The position numbers were made by a program, and so were the translations under genes. This document shows, in pieces, positions 1-11,915 of a stretch of DNA of 64,000 bases (the first letter of the stretch is position 1; each line of letters opens with the position of its first letter). The notes under the pieces were generated by a model, which made no database searches, had not been told where the DNA came from, and saw only the letters and a program-made list of their open reading frames with translations. This DNA comes from Lophium mytilinum (lineage: Eukaryota): assembly GCA_010093605.1 (NCBI GenBank), contig MU004185.1:1323334-1387333 (forward strand), given 5' to 3'.

Positions 1-243
1 GATGCGTACTTTCCGTTCGACCCGTATCTTCTACCTGGGAGTCGGAAGTGGTTGGCAGGAGACTATATCGAGTGGAAAGACATCGACGCTTTCAAAGGAG
101 CTAACGACGATGAAGATGATGATGACGACGACACGGAGGACGGAGAAGACTCGGGAAGCGATTCCGATTCCAATCCTGGTGACAAGGAAGACGAGGATGT
201 CGCAGAGGCGTACGAAGAGACGGCTACTGAGGCCAGCACTTGA
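1..243 (+). CDS. RRN3: RNA polymerase I transcription initiation factor RRN3, 3' end (partial)
   Basis: Frame 1 reads DAYFPFDPYLLPGSRKWLAGDYIEW then an acidic tail to TGA at 241-243. The (Y/F)FPFDP.L..S motif followed by an acidic tail is typical of the RRN3 C-terminus. Confidence 0.8.
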   Translation, partial: DAYFPFDPYLLPGSRKWLAGDYIEWKDIDAFKGANDDEDDDDDDTEDGEDSGSDSDSNPGDKEDEDVAEAYEETATEAST

Positions 244-883
244 TTGCGCTGTTTTTTTCCGTTATATGGTGGCATCAAGAGCATGTAGGTGGTGTTTGTG
301 CTTGGAACGACGATCTGGCTGTGGTTTCTTGCGAACATTGGTGTTGCTCATACACGGCGGTCACGACATTATGGTGCATTTGCAAGTTTCCAGCATAGGA
401 CATGGCGTTGGCGCCCGCTTGAGCTAGCGAGGAGTTTATATAGCGAGGGGCCTGGTCAGGCAGCTGGTTGGGAGACTGGGAAAAGCAAAGTCAATGATTG
501 AAAGATTGATTACTACTGCACTTTACGTATTTTGTGGTGATTAGGCTTGTATATGCCAACGCGCGGATTCGGCATGCGTGAGGCGTGTTCCTTGCGTCTG
601 GGTGATTGTTCCATATATCTAAGGCTACCACCTGTCTTTTACTCAATTCGCTGGCATTGTGAGCGGGTGCTACCTTTCTACCCGCCATTGAGAGAGTGTG
701 TTCTCATCCCTAATTGTTGTGCTAGTGAAACTAGTCTTATTATTGGCTAGCCTAGCTACTCTAACTCGATGTCCAGATAGGTTTGAATACCGCATCTCAT
801 CAAGTAAACACCCCACATATCTAAAACTGTAGGTATCCTACAAAAAGGCTATGCCAAAGCATGTAGGTTCCTCATAGCCCACA

Positions 884-2386
884 ATGCCTCACGTAACCGC
901 AGTCGGCGCATGCTATCTCGATACCATCCTCACGTGAGCTAACCTATTTCCTATCTATCTTATTTTCATCACCATAAGAGTTCGAACTCAAATTTGAATG
1001 CCAAATGCTTCATCTCCGTAACGTTACTTTCTCCCATCATCTCAACGCCTATTGCATATTTATCTCCTTTGCACCATCATTGCATTCCAAACTCAAACTC
1101 TATCTCGGAATTTCTCTCTCCCCTGAATTCAGTACCCATTCCCAATCTGTTCCCTTCCCATCACCACAACAATCCAAAAACAAACCGAAGTCCGAACTCT
1201 CTCATTTGCCTAACCCCATCTCCCGCATCCCCCAATCTAACCCACCCACCCAGCCTCCCCCACTACCCCCCCGAAGACGCCAAACTCCGCAGCACCGCCC
1301 TGACCCGCCGCCGCGGCGGCAACGGCCCCAACACCCTCGAAGTCCTCTCCCAGCTCTCCTCGGGTGGGGTGGGTGGGTCCCCCTCTCCCCTCACCCTCTC
1401 CCTCATCACCACCCTCCCCTCCCGCACCTCCCCCGCAACCCAGACCATCCTCGACTCCCTCCCTACCATCGACCTCTCCCACTCCCTCTTCCGCTCCGCG
1501 CACCAGGAGCCCGCGAGCTGCTACGTCCTCCGCAGCGCGGCGACGGGGAGTCGCACGATTGTGAATTTCAACGAGTTGCCGGAGATGACGGCGGGGGAGT
1601 TGCGGGAGAAGGTGAGGGAGGTCGGCGGGGCGGGGGATGGGGAGCGGGGGTGGTGGCATTTTGAGGTGAGTGGCTAATGCATAGTCGGTTGACAGGGGAA
1701 AGGGGGCTAAGGGTAGTAGGGCCGTATTCCGGACGTCACGCTCGCGTGCGTGCAGGATCTACGGGAGCGGTTTCCGCGGGCGAAGGTTAGTGTTGAGGCG
1801 GAGAATCCGGCGCGGGAGGGGCTGGAGGGGGTGGCTGGGTTGGCGGATGTGGTGTTTTATTCGAAGGGGTGGGCGGTGGTGAGTTGGAGAGGTTGTGTGG
1901 TTGGTGGGAGAGTGCTGACGCGGGTTGTGGTAGAGCAAGGGGTTTACGGGAGTGGAGAGTATGCGGGCGTTCCTTGAGACGCAAGCTTTGGGGGCGAGGA
2001 AAGGGTGGGTATGGGACTACGTTTGTGAGGAGGTTTGGCTGATTGGGATGTAGGGCGCTGCTTTGCTTGACCTGGGGCTCGCGCGGAGCTGCGGCTCTTG
2101 AGTGTGGAAGTGGCCGGTTTGAGTATGTTGATGGTTGGGGGCATGAGGGTCAAGTTGTTGTTGAGTGTGTCTCAAGCCTTTGGCTGTTGAGTTCGAGATA
2201 CTGATGCCGCACAGCACGATTGGAGCAGGCGATACATTCATCGCTGGTATGCTATATTGCGAAAACGTGCGAGGTAGCGATTGGTCTTTGAGGGAAAAGC
2301 TGGCATTCTCTAATGAGCTTGCTGGTCGGAAGGTTCTACAGGAGGGCTTTGATGGGCTTGGAGATGCTTTGAAAGATCTTTTATAG
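884..2386 (+). CDS. pfkB/ribokinase-family sugar kinase (ketohexokinase-like), multi-exon
   Basis: ATG 884 MPHVTAVGACYLDTILT; intron 934-1253; exon with RRRGGNGPNTLEVL, SRTIVN and WWHFE; then GRIP, SVEAENPAREGL, ADVVFYSKGWA and LTWG; last exon carries the pfkB signature TIGAGDTFIAG and stops at 2386. Confidence 0.88.
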
Positions 2387-2503
2387 AGAAAAGGCAGGCG
2401 CATCAAGCAGTACAGCGTGTCAGAATGGTGGGTAGTATTATTCCAACTAATTCGAGGGCCTAATAGCGTATGCTATAGGCGGGGTATACTCTCTAGTTCA
2501 TAT

Positions 2504-3982
2504 CTACGAACTAATATACATCTGCCATAGCATGGAACGGAAGGCTTTTGCTTGCTCTAGTCTGACACCCGGACATTTTCGACATCGATACTCAATTTCT
2601 GCGCCCGAGAGATTGAATAGCTGGGCTCCTGATTCGCGCGGAGCTACAACACTGTCTAGAATCGCAGGAGTACCACACTGAGGCGGATTTCCGGTTAGTT
2701 TCCAGTTCAGGATGGTAATGCGTCATGTGAGCTCAACTTACGTTCGCCCTGATCCATTCCCTCAATTGCGTGTTCGTCCACTGTATAGCGCTCTTTCGGT
2801 CTGCACTCGTCTCGTTCGTTGCCGGCCCTGGCACGCGCAACATTTCCGCAAACCGCAGCGTATTTTTAGTCGGACCCACATCCGCGAGACTTGGGTTGAC
2901 GCAAGCTATCACGACCGTCCTGCAAGCGCGGGCGCCGGCTGGATCGAATACGTGTTTCAAGACTCTCGTGAGCGCACTTTGCCTGAAGGGAACATGTGGT
3001 AATTTCTGGCCCAGCTTCTCTCCCTTCAGGGATGTCGCAGTATCTGCCTCGGCTTTTCCACGAATGCAATCCTTGAGCACCGAGAGACTGATATTGATCT
3101 GCCGTGCCTCGCGCATGCGGTCTGCCCCATGAGCTGCAACATCGCGAGCACCTTCGGATCCTGCGAGGTCGATCAGGTACAACAAACCGTCTGAGCCATC
3201 TGCCCTATTCCAGATCCTGATACGGCAAATAGCATGTGAACGCGATGAGGCAGGGTTCTTGAGGGTTGGTGCCGTGCGTCTGAATGAGGTCGCCCGCTCG
3301 ATCAGCGCCCTCATGTCTTCCATGTCGAGTACCGGATGTTCCACAGCGCCTACCATCTGCGTAATGCCTAAGGAATCTTCAAGGAGTGAAATTGGCTTTC
3401 GATCGCTCAAAAGATCGAATGCAGCGTTTCCAGCAAGATCGATGATGGTCATGTAGATCTCTCTCTCTCCTTCGAGATTTCCGTTCATTAGCGTGTCTGC
3501 CACGAGTTCCTCCAGCCTGTTGACGGTGAACGTCTTGCCTGAGCCTGTCTGACCGTACGCAAATAAGGTCCCGATACCGCCGTTCCAGGCAAATGGAACT
3601 AGGTCAGCAACAAGGTCCTCGTAGATCTCCTCAGTAGTTGACTTTGGGTGGAAAAGCCGGTCGACTTGGTAATCGTTGGACTGCAAATATTTAGAGATTA
3701 GTGAATCTGTGTCTCGCTACGTAGGTCGATGCTTCATACCCGGAGTATGGGAGCGCCCCTCGGATGATTGCAGAGATCGTGAACATCCACCACATTTTTC
3801 TGGCTCGATCGGGGGAAAGTGGCGGAAGGTAAACGTTCATTTTCGGAAAGAGGTCTGATTCTGGCACTGACAACCATGTTGGGACCTGGCATCCCTTTTG
3901 ATATCCGCGGCTTTGGGCAAGGATCAAGCGCATCAACGAGTGAGTGGTATTTGGAAATGTTCTTGAGATAGAATTGTTCCAT
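2504..3982 (-). CDS. Kinesin motor-domain protein (divergent kinesin-13-like), 3 exons
   Basis: Contains the kinesin motifs VSARIRP, P-loop FAYGQTGSGKT, switch I NPASSRSHAI and switch II LIDLAGSE, plus HVPFRQSALT. Introns are near 3740-3682 and 2741-2678. The last exon CGTPAILD...QMYISS* ends at 2504. Confidence 0.85.
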
Positions 3983-4300
3983 AATGCCAGCGGAGAGGTG
4001 GGGAAACCTTTGAATAATTTGTTGTCTGTAGACAAGCGATGTGTGGAGTTCTTGTTTGATGAAGTTGGCTGCGTTGAAATAGTGCAATAGAAAACGATAC
4101 AGCATTCACTCAGGAGGCGAACCTCGCTAGTCTTTAGGCAACCACTTTCTGTGTCTCGCCAATGAAATGTAAACATAGCTCGTGCACCTTGAATTTGTAA
4201 AGCACATTGCTGGCACCGACAAACTCCGAACCAATCACAAACCGATCAACACCTAGCAAGTCCTGTGTGGCATCTGAGGCGGGAATCGATACCGTGGACC

Positions 4301-4693
4301 ATGTCTTCCGAACAGGGCCCACAGATTGAAGGGACATCTGAACAGGGCGAACGGATTGAAGCGTCAACCGAACAGGGCCAACGGATTGTAGCACACAGCA
4401 AAATTATCTGGGGCGATGGCGAGTACCATTTCGACATCGGGACCATCCACGATAAGGGGTTCTATATGGCCTATGTGTACAAGGGAGACACCATCGGCCA
4501 AGATGGATGTCCTGCCCTGCCATGCGACTCACCGGAACAGGCCTGGGGCGAACTGGATAGGATGCTTGGTGTTTGGGCTAGGCAGGTGCAGACTGGACTT
4601 CCTATGACGAGGGAGGACAGGCTGGACATCCTCGGTGGAGCTGGCGGTCGTAATTGGCTTGCAGAGAAGATCCTGAAAATCTTAGTGAAGTAG
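4301..4693 (+). CDS. Hypothetical protein (130 aa) with three N-terminal 10-aa repeats
   Basis: ATG 4301 in good context (ACCATGT). Protein-like composition (SPEQAWGELDRMLGVWARQV). A 30-bp unit occurs three times in frame at ~4307-4396. Confidence 0.55.
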   Translation: MSSEQGPQIEGTSEQGERIEASTEQGQRIVAHSKIIWGDGEYHFDIGTIHDKGFYMAYVYKGDTIGQDGCPALPCDSPEQAWGELDRMLGVWARQVQTGLPMTREDRLDILGGAGGRNWLAEKILKILVK

Positions 4694-5292
4694 TCAAGGT
4701 ACGTCTTATAAAACCCAGGATTACATGCGATCCATTAAAATCGAACCCAGGCCGTCATACTGAGAAGATAATGTTGCATGTAAGCAACATGATGCTTGCT
4801 TGCAGCGAAACGACTAGGTATGGCTCAGCACTGAGAAAAGGCGGTTTACTCCGAGGGATTTCGACGAGGAGGCGGTTTCATATACAGCTAGGCATGATAC
4901 CAATCGGCTGAAGACGACTCTCATAATGTTATTATTGCAAGGGGTGCCCAAGTGAACGACTAGTAATGGATAGAAGAAGCCTAGACACGGCCCGCTAGTT
5001 TATCGCAAAACTACCGTATGCAGAAGCATTTTGGCCATAAGCGAAAAGCTTCTCGAACTTGAACATTGGTAAGAGCCTCTCGGTGCCTCCGGAGCTGACA
5101 ATTATCAAAAAGTTGCAATTTCACGATGCAATATGATACCCCGCTGTCGTCATCACCAGAATCTAGAGCTGGCCGCGGGGCTTCGGTGTTTATCAAAGCA
5201 TAGCTCTCAACTTCATACAAAGCTACCCTCAATTCCTCAACTCAGCACGACCAACTCCTCCAACAACTCCTCAGACATCCACATCATAAGCA

Positions 5293-5976
5293 ATGGCTCT
5301 CGCCCCCAAATTCGCCGGCCAAAAGCTTGCTGGTAGCGGTATCGCGCCCAAAGCCGTCCACACCCTCGAGCTCTGTACGTAAACTACCCTGAAACCTCTC
5401 CTGCCCAAGCTAATTGACCTCACAGACCTCGACTATGTCTGTCCCTTTAGCGCCAAGATGTTCAAAACGGTCTTCGGCCCCCTCAAATCCACCCTGACAT
5501 CTTCGCCCTACGACTCCAAAGTCGTCACTATCTTCCGCCAGCAGATTCAGCCCTGGCATCCGTCCTCCACCCTCACACACGAAGCCGGCGCCGCCGTCCT
5601 CCGTCTGTCACCGGACCTGTTTCTCCCCTTCAGCGCTGTCCTTTTCGAGCAACAAACCGCTTTCTTCGATGTTAATGTCGTCAATGAGACGCGCAATCAG
5701 ACGTACGCTCGCCTTGCTAAAATCGCTGGCAGCGTCGGGGTCAACGAGAAGGAAGTGTATGATTTGCTCGTCATTAGTGACAAGCCGGGCAAGGATGGGG
5801 CGTTGAACACGGGAAACAAAGTCACTGACGATGTTAAGCTGATGGTGAAGGCGAACCGGTTGACGGGAGTGCACGTCACACCGACGGTGTTGTTCAATGG
5901 GATTGTGGAGAACAGTATCTCAAGTGGGTGGACGAAGGAGCAGTGGGAGGAGTGGTTGGAGAAGAATGTGGTGTGA
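5293..5976 (+). CDS. Thioredoxin-fold DsbA-like protein (CPFS motif)
   Basis: MALAPKFAGQKL...HTLEL, intron 5375-5425, then YLDYVCPFSAKMF...QIQPWHPSS...GVHVTPTVLFNG. This matches a conserved fungal thioredoxin-like family. Confidence 0.85.
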
Positions 5977-6299
5977 CTAGGGACGTCGAAGCTGTGAGCT
6001 GTTCGATACGATGGCCCAGTGTCTAGCATATGGTAATTGAAGTAGAGATTTGGCGGTAAATTCTAAACACTGTATAGACTCCCGCCTATGCTTCTCGACG
6101 ATGTCAACCAGATCTCATTCCTGACAGAATTTAGTGTATGAAGCATTATGGTGCCCAACAGGAACCACGGATGGCGTTGACTTGCTTCGCCCCAAACAAC
6201 TAGTCATCTTGAAACAAGCTTTGAATTGGACCTCAGGGGACACGATGTCGATCGGAGGACACAATGTTGACCTACCGCCATGACCCTAACCGATTCTTG

Positions 6300-6672
6300 T
6301 TCATGCATCTGACCCCCTACCCAACTCACCACAATCCAGGAGTCTGATTCAAAGTGCGCTGCAATAATATGCCAAAAACGACTCCAAATCGGACGGACTG
6401 GCTCCACCTCATACATCTCACATCACCCAAATTATCCCGAGTTCCACAATCTGATCTGAAGTGCGATACAATAGTATGCCAAAAACGACTCAAGATTGCA
6501 CAGACTGGCTCCACTTCATACATCTCTCAGCACCAAGACTCCCGAATTCTGGGGTCTGATTTAGGCTGTGAGACAATAACATGCCAAAATCGACTTCAAA
6601 TCGCACGGACTGGCTCCACTTTATACATCTCACAGCACCAAAATCATCCCTTTTTCCAAGCTCTGATTTAGG
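6300..6672. repeat. Degenerate tandem repeat, ~106-bp unit, ~3.3 copies
   Basis: TCTGAT recurs at 6343, 6450, 6555 and 6662. ATGCCAAAAWCGACT...GACTGGCTCCACYTYATACATCTC recurs at ~6369, 6476 and 6582. Confidence 0.9.
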
Positions 6673-7056
6673 GCGCCCGGTGGCTTGCATCCTGGAAGCA
6701 AGTAGAAATTGGGTGTGAAGAGGATATGAAAGCCGACATCGCTGAATACAAGTCTTGAGGAATTGACAAAAACATAACTGTGCAACTTACTAGTGTGTCT
6801 GAAGGACTGTTCAGGGGTTGATAATAGGAAACAGGTGGAGTTTGATTGTAGGATGATGCTAAATCTTCTTGCCCGCATCAAATAATCTCAAAATACGAAG
6901 AGATTGATGTTCGACAACCTCTAGATTCACGCCTCCATATATTCAGATTTCCCAGCTCGGTGCGTCTTAAGATACATCATGAAGACTGAGCTTTTATGAC
7001 TGAAAAATGTAAATGAACCACCTAACTCCGACGGCCTATGCTACATAGTATAGGAA

Positions 7057-8650
7057 TCATCCCTGGTGCAGCTTCTTCACCCTTTGCACACCTTCATACA
7101 GCGCGCGATCCACAGCCGCAGCAACGGTAAGAGTACCGCCGATGACGGCGCACAAGCCGACGAGGAAGCCGGAGAAGGTCTTACGGCGGGCTTCGCGGTT
7201 GATGACCTTCATTGGGGAGATATCATAGGAGAAGAAGACACCTAGATCAATCATTAGCTTAAGATAGTCCCATAGACTATTTTTCTATCTATCTTACCTG
7301 GTATCCCACCCCGCGCATGGATCCGCTCCTTATGCCCACTCTGCGCGTCATTGCCGCCGCCCAGATTCCGCTGGTGCGATGTCACGCTGTACTGATGCGT
7401 CTCAATGCTGCCCTTATAGCCCGCGTCAATACCAGCACCTAGGACTTCGTTCTTGCCCGATGGCGTTTCCTTCTCCCATCCAATAGGGAGATAGGCCGTG
7501 CTAACGACTTTGACGAAGTACATGAAGTTGAACGCCTTCTCGCCCGTCTTCTGCTCCGTCCCATCCAAGGGGTTCAGGTGGTGGTTCGTCCATGCTCCAG
7601 CGCCCGACGCGGATCCCCTCGTCGCCATGCGCGCAATGACTGCGTCAGGGAGTTGCGGGCCAAAGCGGAGCGTGTGGATGGTATGCGAGAATGAGTGATC
7701 GGCTTCATCCTTGAAGTAGTTTTCGAGGTCGTGCACATGCATGTTGCCGTTGGAGTATGACTTTCCGGGGGCAATGTGGAAGTTGCCGATAACCTTGTTG
7801 ACGCGGATTTCGCCTTCGATGCGGCAGCCTTCTCTGCGCTGCTCGTCGAGATGCTCGGCGTAGTGTTCGCGCTCACACTGCTCAACGCCCTCGCCGCGCC
7901 CGAAGGACCATGATATACTGGCATATGCGTCGCGCACTTCGTCGCAGGTGTTGCAGCAGCCGGCCTTGCGACCGTTGGCTGGGGGAGGTGCGCCGTAACA
8001 TTGCCCGCAGTACTCGGGGTCGAGGTGGGTTGCTGGGTCGTCGGGATGGCTGTTGGAGCGTCAGCGGCGGATCGAAGCGGGAATATCAAGCTTCATAGTC
8101 TACGAATTGACTGTCGACATTCCTCTAATCAGAACAAACATGGAGAGTATTCCACTTACAGATCCAGCGCTTTGCTCTCAATATCATGGCTTCCCTCTGA
8201 CACAGGCGCCAACCTCACTTTATTCACTCCATGCTGCACCCCGCTCTGTAAATCCCCCGACACATCCATAACATCCAGCGTCAGCAGCTCGCACGGCATC
8301 AGCGGGAACGTAATGTTCATGTGGATCTCCATCTTCTCTCCTGCGCAGATTGTTAGCCCAGCTCTTGATCAAATCAACCCATTCCCTTTCCAGTGTCTCA
8401 ACTCCGAAACAGTCTCTGTTCCCAATTCTTCCATGGATTCAAGAATCAAGAACTAACCTCTCCCCTTATCGACCACAAGCTCCGGCCTCACAACCACCCT
8501 CCTGTAATCTGCCCACTCGCCCCACACCAGCCATAGTATCACCAGCAGACTCGTTATCGTGACTATGCCACCCGACGTCGTCCGCACTCTCGCATCCTCC
8601 ACAGTCTTCGTAAACGCATCGAGGCGCGTAAAGCGCGATTTCGCCGGCAT
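7057..8650 (-). CDS. ERV46: COPII vesicle / ERGIC protein Erv46 (ERGIC3 family)
   Basis: MPAKSRFTRLDAFTKTVEDARVRTTSGG; YCGQCYGA...CCNTCDEVRDAY; EGCRIEGEIRVNKVIGNFHIAPG; GVFFSYDISPMKVI...LCAVIGG. Introns are near 8457-8341, 8159-8051 and 7297-7241. Confidence 0.95.
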
Positions 8651-9232
8651 GGTGAAAGCCACGGAACCAGATCCGAAGTCGAAGTCGAAGTCGGTAGTGA
8701 AGCAGACCGAGGAGCCTCTTCAGGCTTGAATATAGCCTCGCGGTTGTCGCAATGCGCCCAGTGTCGTATACGCAGTGTTCGAGGGTGGATTACGGGGTCC
8801 TGGACAAATTCGGGTATGGAGGGCAAGCAGCTGCAGCTCTCCGCAAATGCTGGGGCTGAGGTTCGAAGAAAGGAAGGAAAGGAGCGTCGAAGAGAAACAA
8901 TTCCCCCGGAAGTGTGTACTGCGATTACATACACGGGAAGAGAAGGGAAGTGAACAGCAGGGCAAGCCGGGCGAGTGGTGAGGCTGATGGGGCAGAATAA
9001 AGGACAGCTAGCATTCTGATGTCGCGCGCCGCCGCGAATCGCTAGGGTCCAGCGTTCCTGGCAGGGGTACGTTGGCTTAGGCTTATGTAATGTTATCACG
9101 TGCCAGAGGTTTCAACGGTGCGTTACACGGTATATAGGCGAAGTAATCGATCAGAAACCATTAATTAGTCAAATCACATGGTAGCTACAAGGTATCTCCC
9201 AAGTCTCTCTCGAAACAAGAATAATACACCGT

Positions 9233-11915
9233 CTAATGCGACTTCCTCTGCGAGTTTGCCAATGCACTCTCCATCGCCGCCGTGATATCAATATGGAAAA
9301 GCGGCCTGTTTAGACCTTGCACAACTGCGATCCTCTGCGACTTTCCGCCTCCGATCGTGCCGTATGCCTTGGAATGACTGAGCTGCTTGTTCAGGCTGTC
9401 GGCGTCTTCCGATGAGTCTGGACCTTCCTCGATGTCATCGCTGACCGTCTTGCCCTCTGCTTGGGCCGCAGCCCTGCGTTGCGCCTTATTTTGATGCGCC
9501 TCAGCTGCTGCAGCGGCGCTAGATTTTCCTCCGAGTTCGGCGACGCTAAAAATTGGCTTCCAGCGTTCCAGGCCAGATTCGGCATCAGATTCGGGGGTGT
9601 AGTATCCAAATCCAGCCGCGGCAAGCGCACGTTTGGTCCACCGGTTGTTGATGCAGGCAAAGTGCCAATCAACAGTATCAGGAGCGGCATAGCGATCAAG
9701 TTGGTTACGGACATCAATGAGATTCTGGATAGAGGTGACATCGACGTTGTTGACGGATGAGAAATCGAGGATGATAGCCTTGAGAGTAGGCCGGTGGTCA
9801 GTCGGATCTGCTTCTTTACCACGGCGGGGTCCAGGGTTGTTCCATGGGCGGTCCTAAGAACTATTAGTCAATTGATTCGGAAACGAAGGGTGCGAGTTAG
9901 CTTACTCCTAATTTTCCATACGTAGCAGGGTTGGTGCGACGAGTCTTCTCAAAGATTACGTGAACGAGGTTGTCCAAATAATGGTTGGCGTTGGGGTAGT
10001 TGAATCCTTCGGAAAATCGGTAGATGAAGATACCCGGGTATGGGTCTTCGACTTCGATCGTGGGGTTGGATCCATCGTGATGATCAACCGGCAAGAAGAT
10101 ATTCCTGGAGTTCGAGTCTGGGTCGTCTGGGATCCCCTTGGAAGCCTTCGGGGTCCTGCCTTCTTTGCTTTCCTCTTGGTTCAACAAGTGATCACCAACG
10201 ACGGAGTGAACCTTGACTCTTCCGACGAATCGGCCACGGGCCTTGAAAACCCTAAAAATGAACAAGGCGAACGAGACACAAACTGTCGTGTAGATACCAT
10301 TCTCAATGCTGCTGAAGACGGTCACCAACACACCGGCGAAGAAAATCGGCACCTCGAGCGGCGAAATTCGCCAGAATTGGTACAGAGTGTTAGGCGGTGT
10401 GATGAGATCTCCGACAGCATGAATGATAACTGCAGATAGCGCAGCATTCGGAATGTAGAAGAACATGGCCGGAAGAGCGTAGATAGCCAAAAGAACGATA
10501 ATGGCAGTGATAACACCAGCGAAAGGAGTACGGACACCGGCCTTTGACTTGATGGCAGTCCGAGAGAACGATCCAGTGGCAGGGTAGGCACCTAGGAACG
10601 GGCCGAGCAGGTTGGTGACTCCAATGGCTACAAGTTCCTGCGAAGGATCGATGGTGTAATTGTTCACTCTACCAAAGGATTTCGAGATGGAAATATGTTC
10701 AATCAACAACACGATGACGGTGGACGGAAGCTCGGACGCGAATGCGGAGATGATATCTGTAGTGATATGGGGGACACGGGCGTGTTTGAAACCTGATAAC
10801 GGTGAGATGAGTTCATTCAATGGGCGTTCGAAACAGCTTACCTCGAGGAACCTTGCCGAGAAGAGTGAACTTTGGCTTCTTGCGGTGATGTCTGTTGACA
10901 AGATAACTGATGAGAATGTAGAGTAAAATAACGAAAGCCGTTCTCAGAGTCGAGATGAAGAAAAACGTCTTCTGTCGGTTTGGATATCTCTTCGCAAGCT
11001 TGGTACATATAAATCGAATGAGGTAGAGCATGGTAAGTGCAGTCAATCCGATGGCGGCGTTCAAGTTCGATCGTCCAAGATGCTTCAGAATGTTTATCAC
11101 CACTTTGTAGGTCGAGTCTCGAGTGGAGAATCCAGTAATGCCCATCATAGCTGGTACTTGGCCTACGCCAATGTTGATCGCAGAACCGGTCATGAAGGCG
11201 GCGATTGAGGTGAGCGAAATGAACTCAACCAGCCATCCAAGACGCGCAAGACCGAGGAAGCATACAATGGAGCCTGCAATGATCGCTAAGGACGAAGCAA
11301 TTATATCCTTGGGGACATCAGGGCCAAGTTTTTTGGAAGCGCTGATAACGACATTTCCGGTGACAGTTGACAAGACAGCTACAGGCTATACGAACGTCAG
11401 CTGGAGATCAGACGTAAAACTCATTTCACTTACACCAATGGTAATGTCTTTGGATGTAGCAAAGAACCAGTAGATCAGGACGCCCATGAAAGACGAATAA
11501 AGTCCAAATTCAGGGTCAAGATTTGCAAGTTTGGCATAAGCCATGCTCTGTGGGACAACCACAGCGCCGACAGTGATACCTGCCAAATGTCAGAAAGCTT
11601 ACGGGTTGAGAACGACACGAGGGACTCACCTGCAACGAGATCTCCGATAAGCCATTGAGAGTTGTATCTTGTGATCCACTGAAGGAATGGGAACAGCCGG
11701 ATAAAGTAATGCTGAATGTCGCGGCCAGAAGGAGTGACCTGCTGTAGCCATTCGAGAGTCGTGGGCTCCTCTTCAACATAGGTATCGGCGCTGCCCACTG
11801 AGAAGACAGACTCGCCTCTCGTGATTCTCTCAGAGCCAGTCTCGTTGCGGTAGTGCAGCTTGATACCAAGGACCTTGGCCAGGCCGTGGCCAATCTTGGT
11901 GCTGGTAGATGCCAT
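9233..11915 (-). CDS. SulP/SLC26 sulfate permease (sB/CYS-14-like)
   Basis: WLIGDLVAGITVGAVVVPQSMAYAKLA...GLYSSFMG, ATGSFSRTAIKSKAGVRTP and a STAS domain KAIILDFSSVNNVDVTS. Four introns; stop TAG at 9233-9235. Confidence 0.95.
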
